64,000 nucleotides of DNA from Candidatus Sericytochromatia bacterium. Its GTDB lineage: Bacteria > Cyanobacteriota > Sericytochromatia > S15B-MN24 > VGJW01. A program made the position numbers and the translations under genes. The stretch is from contig JAYKHS010000027.1 in the NCBI GenBank assembly GCA_035285865.1, forward strand, positions 1 through 64,000, written 5' to 3'. The notes beneath the pieces are model-generated. The model saw nothing but the letters and a program-made list of their open reading frames with translations. It had not been told where the DNA came from and made no database searches. Below, one piece after another: positions 31,609 to 41,473 of this stretch; within the stretch, counting starts at the first letter, position 1; each line of letters starts with the position of its first letter.

Positions 31609-32287
31609 CGCCGAGGTCCACGACTCGCGCCATGTCCGCAGGGCCCGTCACCTTGAGATTGGCGGGGTCTCCCGGAACCACCGCCACCCCGTGTCCGGCA
31701 AACTCGAGCAGCGACGCCTCGTCCGTGGGCGCGAACGCCAGGCCTTCGGCCTTGGCATAGGCCTGCCGCAACAGATCCGCCCGGACGATCTGGGGGGTCT
31801 GCACCTGCCACAGGTCCTCACGAGGCACGGTGGCCGCGACCATGTCCGTGCCCGAATGAAGGCGCTTCACCGTATCGACCAGTGGACAACCGGGGATGGC
31901 CGCCCCCGTCTCGAGTGCGCGGGCAAGCACGGCCGCGACAATCACCCCGGAAGCCAGGGGACGCGCCGCATCGTGCACCGCCAGCCAGTCCGCGCCTGCA
32001 TCCAGGGCGGCAAGCATCCCGGAGCGCACCGAATCTGCGCGCGTGGCCCCTCCGATGGCCCAAACCAAGGGCCACGGCCAATCCGCTTCCGCCAGCACCC
32101 CCTGAAGCGCCGGCTGGTCGTCGACCGCGTACACGACGACGACGCCCGCCACCATCGGCCACGTCGCGATGGCCTCCAAGGTCCGCACGAGCATGGGGCG
32201 ACCAGCGAGCGGGGCCAGGGCCTTGTTGAACCCCAGCCCCATGCGCGTCCCCGAACCCGCGGCCGGCACGATGGCCCAGAGCCGCAT
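31559..32287 (-). CDS. ispD: 2-C-methyl-D-erythritol 4-phosphate cytidylyltransferase
   Basis: PAAGSGTRMG, VHDAARP, QTPQ, TDEAS and NLKVT motifs; the 3' end overlaps xth. Confidence 0.93.
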   Translation of the reverse strand: MRLWAIVPAAGSGTRMGLGFNKALAPLAGRPMLVRTLEAIATWPMVAGVVVVYAVDDQPALQGVLAEADWPWPLVWAIGGATRADSVRSGMLAALDAGADWLAVHDAARPLASGVIVAAVLARALETGAAIPGCPLVDTVKRLHSGTDMVAATVPREDLWQVQTPQIVRADLLRQAYAKAEGLAFAPTDEASLLEFAGHGVAVVPGDPANLKVTGPADMARVVDLGVSLGRWSTPPDSGPIP

Positions 32288-32297
32288 CGCCCAGCCC

Positions 32298-32663
32298 CTA
32301 CTCGGCCTTGGCTTCGCCCTTGGTGTCGGCCTTGACCTCGACCTCGATGCGGGTGACGGGCTCCTGGGGGGCCTGCTCACCGGAAGCCTGCCGTGCAGCC
32401 TGCTGCCAGAAGGCCATCAGATTCCGCGCACCCTCCTCGATCTGGCGGGTCGCCTCGGCAACCTGGCGATCGAAGGCGTCTTCCATCTCCTTCATCTTGG
32501 CCACGGTGGCCTCATCCTTGACCAGCCCGTGGACCGTCTCGCGCAGCACGCGTACGCCGACGCCCGCGGTCTCCCTCGCGGCGTCCGCGATGCGCTCGGC
32601 GCTCTCGCGGGTCGTCTGCGCCAGCTTTTCGGCGCTCTGCTTCAGTTCATCCATCTCGGCCAC
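32298..32663 (-). CDS. Hypothetical coiled-coil protein
   Basis: GAGGAGG RBS before GTG; lies between deoB and ispD on the same strand. Confidence 0.6.
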   Translation of the reverse strand: MAEMDELKQSAEKLAQTTRESAERIADAARETAGVGVRVLRETVHGLVKDEATVAKMKEMEDAFDRQVAEATRQIEEGARNLMAFWQQAARQASGEQAPQEPVTRIEVEVKADTKGEAKAE

Positions 32664-32729
32664 GGGTCGTCCTCCTCGGTCGTCCCCCATCGGGACACCC
32701 ACCACGTGTCCCAATGGTACACCCCGGCG

Positions 32730-33914
32730 TCAGACGGCGGCGCCCAGTTCCCGCCAGAATCCATCGCCCACGAGGCTGCCGCCCAGTTCCCAGGCCTGGG
32801 CGATCGTCACACCCATGTCCCCGAAGCCGGCACGGTCTCCGAGCGGACGCCCGGCCACGCCGGGCATGTGGGCGAGGACGGGGATGTACTCGCGCGTGTG
32901 ATCGGTCGAAACATCCGTCGGGTCGTTGCCGTGGTCCGCGGTGATCATCAGCAGGTCCCCGTCGCGCAGGCGGGGAAGCAGGTCAGCCAGGTGGCGGTCG
33001 AAGGCCTCGAGGGCACCGGCCATGCCCTTGGGGTCGTTGCGGTGGCCATACATGCTGTCGAAGTCGACCAGGTTCGTGAAGACCAACGAGCCTTCCGGGG
33101 CCTCGGCCGCAAGGCGGATGGTCGCGTCCATCCCCTGGGCGTTGTCAGCCGTATGCACGGACTCGGCGACGCCAACACCCGCGAAGATGTCGTGAATCTT
33201 GCCCACGCCGATGACCTTGTGGCCCTTGGCACCCGCCAGATCCAGCACGGTGGGGCCGGGCGGCAGGACGGAGTAGTCATGGCGCCCCCCCTGGTTGCGG
33301 GCCCACTTGCCGGCGCTGCCCGTGAAGGGTCGTGCGATGACCCGGCCGACCCGCCACGGGCCGTCGAGGATCTCGCGTGCCTTGCGGCAGGCCTCCCAGA
33401 GCTCTTCCAGCGGGACCACGTCCTGATGGGCAGCCAGTTGGAACACCGAATCCCCCGAGGTGTAGAGGATCCACTTGCCAGTCCGCAGATGCTCCTCGGC
33501 CAACTCCGTCAGGATCTCGGTGCCCGACGCGGGCTTGTTGCCCAGGATGCCGCGCCCGGTGGCCCGAACGAACGCATCGAGCACCTCGGGGGGGAAACCA
33601 TTCGGAAAAGTGGGGAAAGAAAAGTCGAGAGGCAGGCCGCACATCTCCCAATGACCCGTCTGGGTGTCCTTGCCCGGCGAACGCTCGGCGAGACGGCCCC
33701 ATGAGGCCAGAGGTGCGGAGACGGGGGCCACGCCGGCCACGGGCGTCACGTTGCCCATGCCCAGTCGCTGCAACGTGGGCAGGTTCAGGCCACCCACCAC
33801 CCGAGCGGTATTGCCGAGCGTGTTGCTGCCCGTATCCCCGAAGGCCGGGGCATCCGGCAATTCGCCGACTCCCACCCCATCCAGCACGATCCAGAAGACA
33901 CGTCCGAGCATCAC
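32730..33914 (-). CDS. deoB: Phosphopentomutase
   Basis: IVLDGVG, GKDTQTGHWE, NLVDFDSMYGHRND and TADHGNDP motifs. Confidence 0.96.
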   Translation of the reverse strand: MMLGRVFWIVLDGVGVGELPDAPAFGDTGSNTLGNTARVVGGLNLPTLQRLGMGNVTPVAGVAPVSAPLASWGRLAERSPGKDTQTGHWEMCGLPLDFSFPTFPNGFPPEVLDAFVRATGRGILGNKPASGTEILTELAEEHLRTGKWILYTSGDSVFQLAAHQDVVPLEELWEACRKAREILDGPWRVGRVIARPFTGSAGKWARNQGGRHDYSVLPPGPTVLDLAGAKGHKVIGVGKIHDIFAGVGVAESVHTADNAQGMDATIRLAAEAPEGSLVFTNLVDFDSMYGHRNDPKGMAGALEAFDRHLADLLPRLRDGDLLMITADHGNDPTDVSTDHTREYIPVLAHMPGVAGRPLGDRAGFGDMGVTIAQAWELGGSLVGDGFWRELGAAV

Positions 33915-33920
33915 GCCCTC

Positions 33921-35240
33921 CTATCCGGGAAAACCGCCATGAATCGCGTGCACGAGCGGGGGCGGCGACGCCGGCCCCGTCCCGACCCTGTAGGCCTGTT
34001 CCACCGCAAGCCGTCCGGCTTCCAGGCGTCCATCGTCCGAAGCCAGCACCTCAGCCAACGGTTGCCCTGCCGCCACGACATCTCCGATCTTGGCCAGGAG
34101 GCGAACGCCGGCCCCGAGATCCAGCGTGTCTTCCTTGGTGCGACGACCGGCACCGAGGGCCACCACCGCATCGCCGATGCCTCGGGCATCGAGGTCCACG
34201 ACAGTACCGGACGCCCTGGCGACCACCTGCGTGGCCAGAGGAGCGCAAGGCAGGCGGGTCGGATCGTCCACCAGCGCCACATCGCCGCCCTGGGCTTCGA
34301 CCAGCGCCCGGAACCTCTGCTTGGCGGTCCCGTCGTCCAGCAGCGCAGCCAGACGTTGCCGGGCAGCAGCCGGATCCGCATCGAGCCCACCGGCGACGCA
34401 AAGTTGCGCGCCCAATTCGAGACACAGCGCCCGCAGGTCGGCAGGCCCCCCGCCCGACAGCGTCTCGATGGCCTCGGCCACCTCGAGGGCATTGCCCACG
34501 TTGGCCCCCAGAGGCTGGCCCATGGCACTCACGACGCAGATCACCCGCTTGCCGAGTCGCTCGCCAACCTCCCGAAGCATCGAGGCCAGAGCCTCGGCCT
34601 CGGCCTCGGTCTCCATGAAGGCACCTCGGCCTGTCTTCACGTCCAGCAGGATGATGTCTGCGCCGGCAGCGATCTTCTTGGAGAGGATGCTGGCACAGAT
34701 GAGGCCCGGACACTCGATGGTCGCCGTCACGTCGCGCAGAGCGTAGAGGCGACCATCAGCAGGCGTCATGCCCGCAGACTGGCCGGCGACTGCCACACGC
34801 AGGCGACGCAGCTGTTCCTTGAACTGCACGGGATCGATGGCCGTACGGAATGAGCCCAAGCTCTCCAGCTTGTCGATCGTCCCTCCCGTGTGGCCAAGGC
34901 CGCGGCCCGACAACTTGGCCACCGTGGCCCCCGCTGAGGCCACGAGCGGTGCCAGCACCAGCGTCACCTTGTCGCCGACGCCACCCGTGCTGTGCTTGTC
35001 CACCCGAGGCCCGGGCACATCCGAGAGGTCGAGGACCTCACCGGAGTGCGCCATGGCACGGGTCAGCGCGACGGTCTCGTCCAGTGTCAGACCCCGGCAG
35101 GTGCACGCCATCAGCCACGAAGCGACCTGATAATCCGGATACTCGGGAAGGTGGGCGACCAGGCCCTCGAGATCGGTGCGCGTCAGCTCCAGGCCATCCC
35201 GCTTGGCCCGGATCAGGGGCAGGATCTCAGGCTTGGGCAT
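33921..35240 (-). CDS. pdp: Pyrimidine-nucleoside/thymidine phosphorylase
   Basis: DKHSTGGVGDK, SGRGLGHTGGTIDKLE and YALRDVTAT motifs. Confidence 0.95.
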   Translation of the reverse strand: MPKPEILPLIRAKRDGLELTRTDLEGLVAHLPEYPDYQVASWLMACTCRGLTLDETVALTRAMAHSGEVLDLSDVPGPRVDKHSTGGVGDKVTLVLAPLVASAGATVAKLSGRGLGHTGGTIDKLESLGSFRTAIDPVQFKEQLRRLRVAVAGQSAGMTPADGRLYALRDVTATIECPGLICASILSKKIAAGADIILLDVKTGRGAFMETEAEAEALASMLREVGERLGKRVICVVSAMGQPLGANVGNALEVAEAIETLSGGGPADLRALCLELGAQLCVAGGLDADPAAARQRLAALLDDGTAKQRFRALVEAQGGDVALVDDPTRLPCAPLATQVVARASGTVVDLDARGIGDAVVALGAGRRTKEDTLDLGAGVRLLAKIGDVVAAGQPLAEVLASDDGRLEAGRLAVEQAYRVGTGPASPPPLVHAIHGGFPG

Positions 35241-36096
35241 CGTGGCGCGTCTCCGGTGTCTCATCCGACGCAGGCGGTTCGTCCTTGCGCAGGGGGCGCA
35301 CCTGAGGCTTCATGCCCGGCTTCAGGAGGGCGATGAAGCGCTCCTGCTGGTCCATGGCGTCCTGGGAGTCGGCAAGCTGTTCCCGCAGGTCTGCAGTCTG
35401 ATGCTGGAGCGAGATGACCAGCGATCGCAAGTCATCGACCTCACGGGCCGTCGACAACGTCTGACTGGCCAGGACCTCGCCCAGCCCGTGACGCGCCTTG
35501 TCCAAAGCCTCCTCGGTCTGGGCCAGCCGCGCGATCGTCGTCTCGTAGCGCTGCATCAGGTCCTGCCACTGGCGCTCCTGGATGGCCACCTGCTGGTGAA
35601 TCGCATCCAGTTCACCCGCCAGTCTACCGTTCTCGGCACGCAGCTTCCGGGCCTCGTCCTGCAGGGCAGCAAGTTCGCCGTCATCGCGCGCGGGGGCCAC
35701 CGCCTCGACCGACGGCTTGCCCTGGCGTCTCAGGGCCGTCAATTCATCACGGACCTGTCGCCGTTCGAGCGACAGATCGTCGATTCGCGCCATCGCGTAA
35801 TCCAACTGATTGCGCAGATTGATTTCGCGCCGCTGATGCAGGGCACGCAGACTCTCCACGTACTGACGCAGGCGGGTGACTTCGGTCGACGCATCCCGGT
35901 AACGCGCCGCCACATCGGCAAGCACCCGCCGCACCTGACCCAGCATCGACTGGCCAAGGCGCTGCCGCTCGTCCCGCAGCTTGCGGGCGTAGCCTTGCCA
36001 ATAGTGGAGCTGCTGGTTGCGTTCCTCAACCGTCTGGTTAAGTTTCTTGACGTACGCGACCAGCTTCTCGATTTGCTGCTCGTAACGGGTTGACAT
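35227..36096 (-). CDS. Long coiled-coil hypothetical protein
   Basis: Heptad-rich, E/Q/R/L-rich 289-aa ORF overlapping the pdp start. Confidence 0.7.
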   Translation of the reverse strand: MSTRYEQQIEKLVAYVKKLNQTVEERNQQLHYWQGYARKLRDERQRLGQSMLGQVRRVLADVAARYRDASTEVTRLRQYVESLRALHQRREINLRNQLDYAMARIDDLSLERRQVRDELTALRRQGKPSVEAVAPARDDGELAALQDEARKLRAENGRLAGELDAIHQQVAIQERQWQDLMQRYETTIARLAQTEEALDKARHGLGEVLASQTLSTAREVDDLRSLVISLQHQTADLREQLADSQDAMDQQERFIALLKPGMKPQVRPLRKDEPPASDETPETRHDAQA

Positions 36097-36245
36097 GCTT
36101 TATCTGGCGGCCGCCGTGGCTCCTCCTGGCGCGGGCATCGTACCCGTCTTCTCCTTGCAGGATAAGGCAGTTTCGAACTTCAGGCGGTGACGAGTTACCA
36201 TCGCATCCCCCTTGTGTATAATTTCGGGGCGTGTGAGGGACCACC

Positions 36246-37241
36246 TTGAGCAAGGTCGTATTGTCGGGGGATCTGGGCATATTTCGCCTGGACCTGCTGA
36301 TTCGCCTTCTTGAAGCCGTGAAGGCCACCGCCGAAATCCAGATTGAAAGCCGCGAACGAGCCATTCTGGGTCTGGCGGGCGGACGCCTCGTCTTTGCGAG
36401 CACGGCGACCCTCCAAGGGTTTTCGGCGCTGCAGCAGATCGTGACGTGGCGGCAGGGCGGGTTCGGCGTCAGGACCGCGGACGCCCCGTCTACGCAGGCC
36501 GACTTCCAGAATTTCCAGGACAACGCGAGCATCTTTCGGCACCTGCAGGGCGTCATGGGCCGCGTGCAGGGCGGACCGCCCGGTGCTCCCCCGGCCGCCC
36601 CTCCCGGAGGCGGACAGCCCTCCTCGGGGCCGCCGGGTTCGCGTCCTGCGGCTGCGGCACCTGCCGCGACCGGCGGGGGTCTCGTGGCCGCCGGAACCCC
36701 GCAAGGCCAGGCTGCAGCCTCCAAGGGTCCCTTCAAGCCCAGTGCCGGAGCCGGTCCGTTGGCTCGGGTGCCTGAGCTGACGGACAAGGGCCGTGTCACC
36801 CTGCGTACCATCCAGACCAACTTCGCGATGCGCGGCGTGCAGGTAGAAGGCGACAACTGGCGCTTCCTGGGCAAGGTAGACGGCCAACTGACCCTCTACC
36901 AGATCGGCCAGAGTGTCAGCGTCCTTGGCGAGAAGCTCCTCAAGCTGACCGCCGAAATGGAGCAGCAGGGCTTCCTGCGCTTCGTGGCGCGTGACGATGT
37001 CGCGGAACAGTTCAAGAGCCAGAAGTTCCGCTTGGGCGAGTACATGGTCGCCAAGGGCATCATCACGGAAGTGCAGCTCGAAGCCGCCCTGCGCAGGCAG
37101 TCCGAATTGGCGCGCAAGGGCCGGTACATGTGGCTGGGCGAGATTCTGGTCGAAATGAACTACGCCCGGCCATCGCAGGTCCAGGATGCCATGGCCGTCC
37201 AGAAGCGCATCCAGCAACAGCAACAGCAGCAGCAGAGTTGA
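36246..37241 (+). CDS. DUF4388 (PATAN-like) protein with a C-terminal MshEN c-di-GMP-binding motif
   Basis: N-terminal LSGDL..L..L pattern with W..GGF; C-terminal RLGEYMVAKGIITEVQLEAALRRQ plus a second copy WLGEILVEMNY; poly-Q tail. Confidence 0.75.
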   Translation: MSKVVLSGDLGIFRLDLLIRLLEAVKATAEIQIESRERAILGLAGGRLVFASTATLQGFSALQQIVTWRQGGFGVRTADAPSTQADFQNFQDNASIFRHLQGVMGRVQGGPPGAPPAAPPGGGQPSSGPPGSRPAAAAPAATGGGLVAAGTPQGQAAASKGPFKPSAGAGPLARVPELTDKGRVTLRTIQTNFAMRGVQVEGDNWRFLGKVDGQLTLYQIGQSVSVLGEKLLKLTAEMEQQGFLRFVARDDVAEQFKSQKFRLGEYMVAKGIITEVQLEAALRRQSELARKGRYMWLGEILVEMNYARPSQVQDAMAVQKRIQQQQQQQQS

Positions 37242-39820
37242 TTCCGTCCGTCCACGGATATCCTCGTCCCGGCGCCGACGGCTATACGCCGATGATGCAG
37301 CAGGTGCTGGACATGAAACACCGGCATCCGGATTGCCTGCTCATGATTCGGATGGGCGACTTCTACGAGATGTTCTTCGGGGACGCCGAGCTGGCCACCC
37401 GGGACCTCGAGATCACCCTGACGGCGCGCGAGAGCGGCCCGCACCGCGTCCCAATGGCCGGCGTGCCCCATCACGCTTTGGACGGCTACCTCGGTCGTCT
37501 CGTGGCGAAGGGGCACCGAGTCGCCATCTGCGAGCAACTGGAAGACCCCAAACAGGCCAAGGGTCTCGTGAAGCGCGACATCACCCGCCTCGTCACCGCG
37601 GGCACCCTGCTGGAATCGGGCCAGTTGTCCGAACGACGGCACCACTGGCTGGTCGCCATCCGTCGCGGGAAGAAAGCCTGGGGGCTCGCCACCTGCGATG
37701 TCTCCACAGGTGCCTTCCGGGCAACGGAACTGACCGATCCGGCCGCGGTACGCGAGGAGCTCGAACGCCTACAACCGGCTGAAGTCCTCTTGCCGGTGGC
37801 TCCGGCGCTCTGGGAAGCGCTTGCGTGGGGCCGGGGGCCCTTCGTGCTTACGCCCGACCGATGGGATGCCGACTGGCGCGCCGCCATGCCCGACGGGCCC
37901 GGCCTCACGCCACGCCCGGATGCCTGGTTCATCCCCGACCGCGGCGAGACCCGCATCCGCGACCAATTCGGCATCGCCAGCCTGGAAGGCTTCGGCCTGC
38001 GGGACCGCCCCGAGGCAGTCGGCGCGTGCGGGGCCATCCTCGCCTACCTCGAGGAAACTCGCCGAGGTTCCCTGCCGGCATTCCGCACCATCCAGTGGAT
38101 GGACCGCTCTCGAACCATGGTCATCGACGCACCGACCCAACGAAATCTCGAACTCATGGGGACGGCTCGGGACGGGCAGTTGCGTGGCTCGCTGCTGGAC
38201 GCCCTCGATCAGACGGGTACGGCCATGGGCGCCCGCCTGATGCGCGAGTGGCTGCTGCATCCGTCGCTTGATCTCGCGATCATTGCCGAACGCCAGAGCA
38301 TCATCGGCGAACTCGTCGGCCGCCCCGCCGTCCGCCAAGCCGTGACCAATCTGTTGGCCAAGGTCCGGGACGTGGAGCGCCTGACGAACCGTGCCGTCTC
38401 GGCGACGGCCCAGGCCCGGGACCTGGTGGCTCTGAAGGATTCGCTGCACGTGCTGCCCGCGCTCGCCCACGCGTTGGTCGGCGTGGCCTCGGAGGGTGCG
38501 CTGGCGCGCCTGGCCGTGGTCGATCCGGACCTAGACGATCTGGCGGGCCGAATCGCCCACACGCTGGTGGACGCGCCGCCGTCCAGCCTGACGGAAGGCG
38601 GATTGATCCGCGCCGGCGTCGACACCGACCTCGATCGCCTGCGGGAGATGGTGGCAGACAGCCACGGATGGCTGGGGCGCCTCGAACAACACGAGCGCGA
38701 GCGCACCGGCATCCGCAGCCTCAAGATCGGCCACAGCCGGACCTTCGGGTACTTCATCGAAGTCACGAACGCGCACCGCGAGGCCGTGCCCGAGGAGTAT
38801 CAGCGCCGCCAGACCTTGGTCAATGCCGAGCGCTACATCACCCCTGAGCTCAAGGACCATGAGGGCGAGCTGCTGTCGGCGCAAGGCAGGGCCCACCAGC
38901 TCGAATACACGCGCTTTGCCGAGCTTCGCGACCGGGTCGCGGCCTCCTCGGGTCGGCTGCTGGGCCTCGCCTCAGACCTGGCTGCGCTCGACGTGCTTTC
39001 CAGTCTGGCCGAGCAGGCCGTGCGGCACCAGTGGGTCCGCCCCAGCGTCGACGATGGGACGGACCTCATCCTGCAGGATGCCCGTCATCCGGTCCTCGAG
39101 CGCCTACTCCCGCCCGGAGCCTATGTACCGAACGACCTGCACCTCGATACGGCAGACCAGCGCCTGCTCATCGTGACCGGCCCCAACATGAGCGGCAAGA
39201 GCACATGGATGCGACAGGCCGCGCTGGTGGTCGTGATGGCGCAGATGGGCTCGTGGGTTCCGGCACGCCGCGCCCGAATCGGTCTCGTGGACCGGGTCTT
39301 CACCCGGATCGGTGCCGTGGACGATCTGGCCACGGGGCAGTCGACCTTCATGGTGGAGATGAACGAGACTGCCGCCATCCTGAACCAGGCAGGCCCGCGC
39401 GCCCTGATCCTGCTGGACGAGATCGGACGTGGCACCTCGACGCACGACGGCATCAGCATCGCGTGGGCAGTGGCCGAGGACCTTGCCGCGCGCGTGGGTG
39501 CACGGACGCTCTTCGCGACGCACTATCACGAGCTCGTGGCTCTGGGGCGGACGCAGCAGGGCGTCCGCAGCTACAGGGTGCTCGTTCAGGAACAGGACGG
39601 GGGCATCGTCTTCCTGAGACGGGTGGTCCCGGGTGCAGCCGACCGCAGCTATGGCCTCGAGGTTGCCCGCCTCGCCGGACTGCCGCCGCAGGTGCTGGAT
39701 CGCGCGCGCACGGTGCTCTCCGAGATCGAACGCCGCAATCGATTGTCGCTGTCGCTCAGACAGGCATCCCTGGAAGCCGGCACCGTGGACCAACTGGGGC
39801 TGTTCGGCTCCGGATCATGA
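37238..39820 (+). CDS. mutS: DNA mismatch repair protein MutS
   Basis: TPMMQQ, MGDFYEMF, TGPNMSGKST, STFMVEM, DEIGRGTST and FATHYHEL motifs. Confidence 0.97.
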   Translation: MIPSVHGYPRPGADGYTPMMQQVLDMKHRHPDCLLMIRMGDFYEMFFGDAELATRDLEITLTARESGPHRVPMAGVPHHALDGYLGRLVAKGHRVAICEQLEDPKQAKGLVKRDITRLVTAGTLLESGQLSERRHHWLVAIRRGKKAWGLATCDVSTGAFRATELTDPAAVREELERLQPAEVLLPVAPALWEALAWGRGPFVLTPDRWDADWRAAMPDGPGLTPRPDAWFIPDRGETRIRDQFGIASLEGFGLRDRPEAVGACGAILAYLEETRRGSLPAFRTIQWMDRSRTMVIDAPTQRNLELMGTARDGQLRGSLLDALDQTGTAMGARLMREWLLHPSLDLAIIAERQSIIGELVGRPAVRQAVTNLLAKVRDVERLTNRAVSATAQARDLVALKDSLHVLPALAHALVGVASEGALARLAVVDPDLDDLAGRIAHTLVDAPPSSLTEGGLIRAGVDTDLDRLREMVADSHGWLGRLEQHERERTGIRSLKIGHSRTFGYFIEVTNAHREAVPEEYQRRQTLVNAERYITPELKDHEGELLSAQGRAHQLEYTRFAELRDRVAASSGRLLGLASDLAALDVLSSLAEQAVRHQWVRPSVDDGTDLILQDARHPVLERLLPPGAYVPNDLHLDTADQRLLIVTGPNMSGKSTWMRQAALVVVMAQMGSWVPARRARIGLVDRVFTRIGAVDDLATGQSTFMVEMNETAAILNQAGPRALILLDEIGRGTSTHDGISIAWAVAEDLAARVGARTLFATHYHELVALGRTQQGVRSYRVLVQEQDGGIVFLRRVVPGAADRSYGLEVARLAGLPPQVLDRARTVLSEIERRNRLSLSLRQASLEAGTVDQLGLFGSGS

Positions 39821-39852
39821 AAAAAGGGTCCCGACCAGAATGGCCGGGACCC
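39820..39852 (-). terminator. Intrinsic terminator between convergent genes
   Basis: GGGTCCCGACCA-gaa-TGGCCGGGACCC stem with an A-tract on the left (U-tract on the minus strand). Confidence 0.7.
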
Positions 39853-39865
39853 CGAGCAACTTGGT

Positions 39866-40480
39866 TCAGCGCGGCTGCTGCAGCTTCTGCAGAATGACGG
39901 CCAGCACCTCGGGCGTGGCGTATTCGTTGATGGCAAACTGCCCGTTGGCGGCGCGGTAGGTCTGGTGGAGGTTGTTGTCCATCTTGAAGCGCTGGACGGC
40001 CACGCCGAGGGGCTCGTCATAGGCTCCGGCCGCAGAGACCTGATAACCGAGGCGACCAAGCGCGGCACGAAGCTGGACCACGGCGTCCTGGTTGCCGGTG
40101 CCGGGGCCAAGCGTTCCGTTTCCGGCATAGGTCCCGACCTCGGCACGGAAGGCATCGAGGTTGGCCTTGGTCGGATGAAGCTGATACTGGGCGGCAAGGG
40201 CCCGATCCTGAGGCGTCAGCGTGGTGGCAGCGTCATCCACCGGCTGTCCGAAGAGACGCTTCACGAAGTTGACGATGCCCCGGAACATGTTGCCGGCGAC
40301 TTCCATCGCCTTGGCGAAGAAGCCCTGCAACACGACCATCGTGCCTCCTGCCGCGGCAGGTGCCTGAGGGGCAGGCGTGGCCGGCACTGCGACCGGAGCG
40401 ACAACGGGAGGAGTCGGCGCTCCACCGGCGGCAACCTGGGCACGGAAGACCATCGGACGATGCGAAACGGAAGCAATCAT
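39866..40480 (-). CDS. Peptidoglycan-binding domain (PG_binding_1) protein
   Basis: LGPG..DAVVQLRAALGRLGY..GAYD..AVQRFK; Pro/Ala-rich N-terminus. Confidence 0.7.
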   Translation of the reverse strand: MIASVSHRPMVFRAQVAAGGAPTPPVVAPVAVPATPAPQAPAAAGGTMVVLQGFFAKAMEVAGNMFRGIVNFVKRLFGQPVDDAATTLTPQDRALAAQYQLHPTKANLDAFRAEVGTYAGNGTLGPGTGNQDAVVQLRAALGRLGYQVSAAGAYDEPLGVAVQRFKMDNNLHQTYRAANGQFAINEYATPEVLAVILQKLQQPR

Positions 40481-40576
40481 CTCGGAACCTCGGCTGCTTG
40501 GGGGGCGACACCCCTTCCATCGCCGCCGGCCTCACCCTTTCGGTAAAGGAAGCCTCAAGGAGGGCTGAAGCCTGAA

Positions 40577-41470
40577 CTAAGTCTCGGAGTCGAGACGACG
40601 CGCGAACCAGAGGCGGTCGACCCTCCGCGAAGTCACCTCGGCAGGGTCGAAAAGGGCCTCGACACCACGCACGCCCGCAACCGTAAGGAAGCGCAGGCGC
40701 TCCCGGCCCGCCGCACGCGCAGCCAGCTTGAAACGGTCGAGCAACGCGCCGGAGAGGCCAGTGGGCCGATGACGCAGACGCACTGCAATCTCGTAGAGCA
40801 ACACGGTCTCGTCATCCTCGGACATCCCGAGAATGGCCGCCACGGGCTCATCGCCATGCCAGGCAACCGCCCCCAGCGCAGCGCCGTCACGGGCGTCATG
40901 CAGGGCGTGAAGCAGCCGCCGGCAGCGATCAGGTGTCGGCCAGTCGGGGAAAGTCAGGTAGGCGCCGTTCAGGCTGCCGATGTTGACGGACGAGAGCATC
41001 GCGCCGACCCGTGCGAAGGTCGCGGGCTCAAGCGGACGCAGGACATAACCCTCCGGGACAGGACGGGGGATGGGTGCGGCCTGCGCCAGGTCGTATTCGT
41101 GGGCGACCCGCTGGTAAGCCCTGTAGCCCGGCGGTACCGCCATGCGCTCGAAGACAGGAGTGCCCGGCAGGCCGAGGATCGCCTCCTCGGGCACGAGAAC
41201 GGCCGAGATGCCAGGTTGCCGAATCAGCTCCGGCAACCACGGGAGGCTGGTGGGTACCTCGAGGGCGCGCACGACCAGCATCGGACCGTGCCGATCGATG
41301 AGTGCGGCGGCATCGTCTTCGAGCCAGATGCAGCCCGGTGCATCCCCGAAGCGACGAACCCCCGCCTCCATCCAGCGTGAGCCAAGCGGCTGCCCCATGC
41401 GGGCCGCACCTGCCTGCAGCACGCGCAGCACCTCCGGCGCATCGAAGAGGCCGGCGGACCTGAGTGCCAC
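40577..41470 (-). CDS. GNAT-fold N-acetyltransferase-like protein
   Basis: C-terminal LLYEIAVRLRHRPTGLSGALL (motif A-like). Confidence 0.6.
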   Translation of the reverse strand: MALRSAGLFDAPEVLRVLQAGAARMGQPLGSRWMEAGVRRFGDAPGCIWLEDDAAALIDRHGPMLVVRALEVPTSLPWLPELIRQPGISAVLVPEEAILGLPGTPVFERMAVPPGYRAYQRVAHEYDLAQAAPIPRPVPEGYVLRPLEPATFARVGAMLSSVNIGSLNGAYLTFPDWPTPDRCRRLLHALHDARDGAALGAVAWHGDEPVAAILGMSEDDETVLLYEIAVRLRHRPTGLSGALLDRFKLAARAAGRERLRFLTVAGVRGVEALFDPAEVTSRRVDRLWFARRLDSET

Positions 41471-41473
41471 GAG

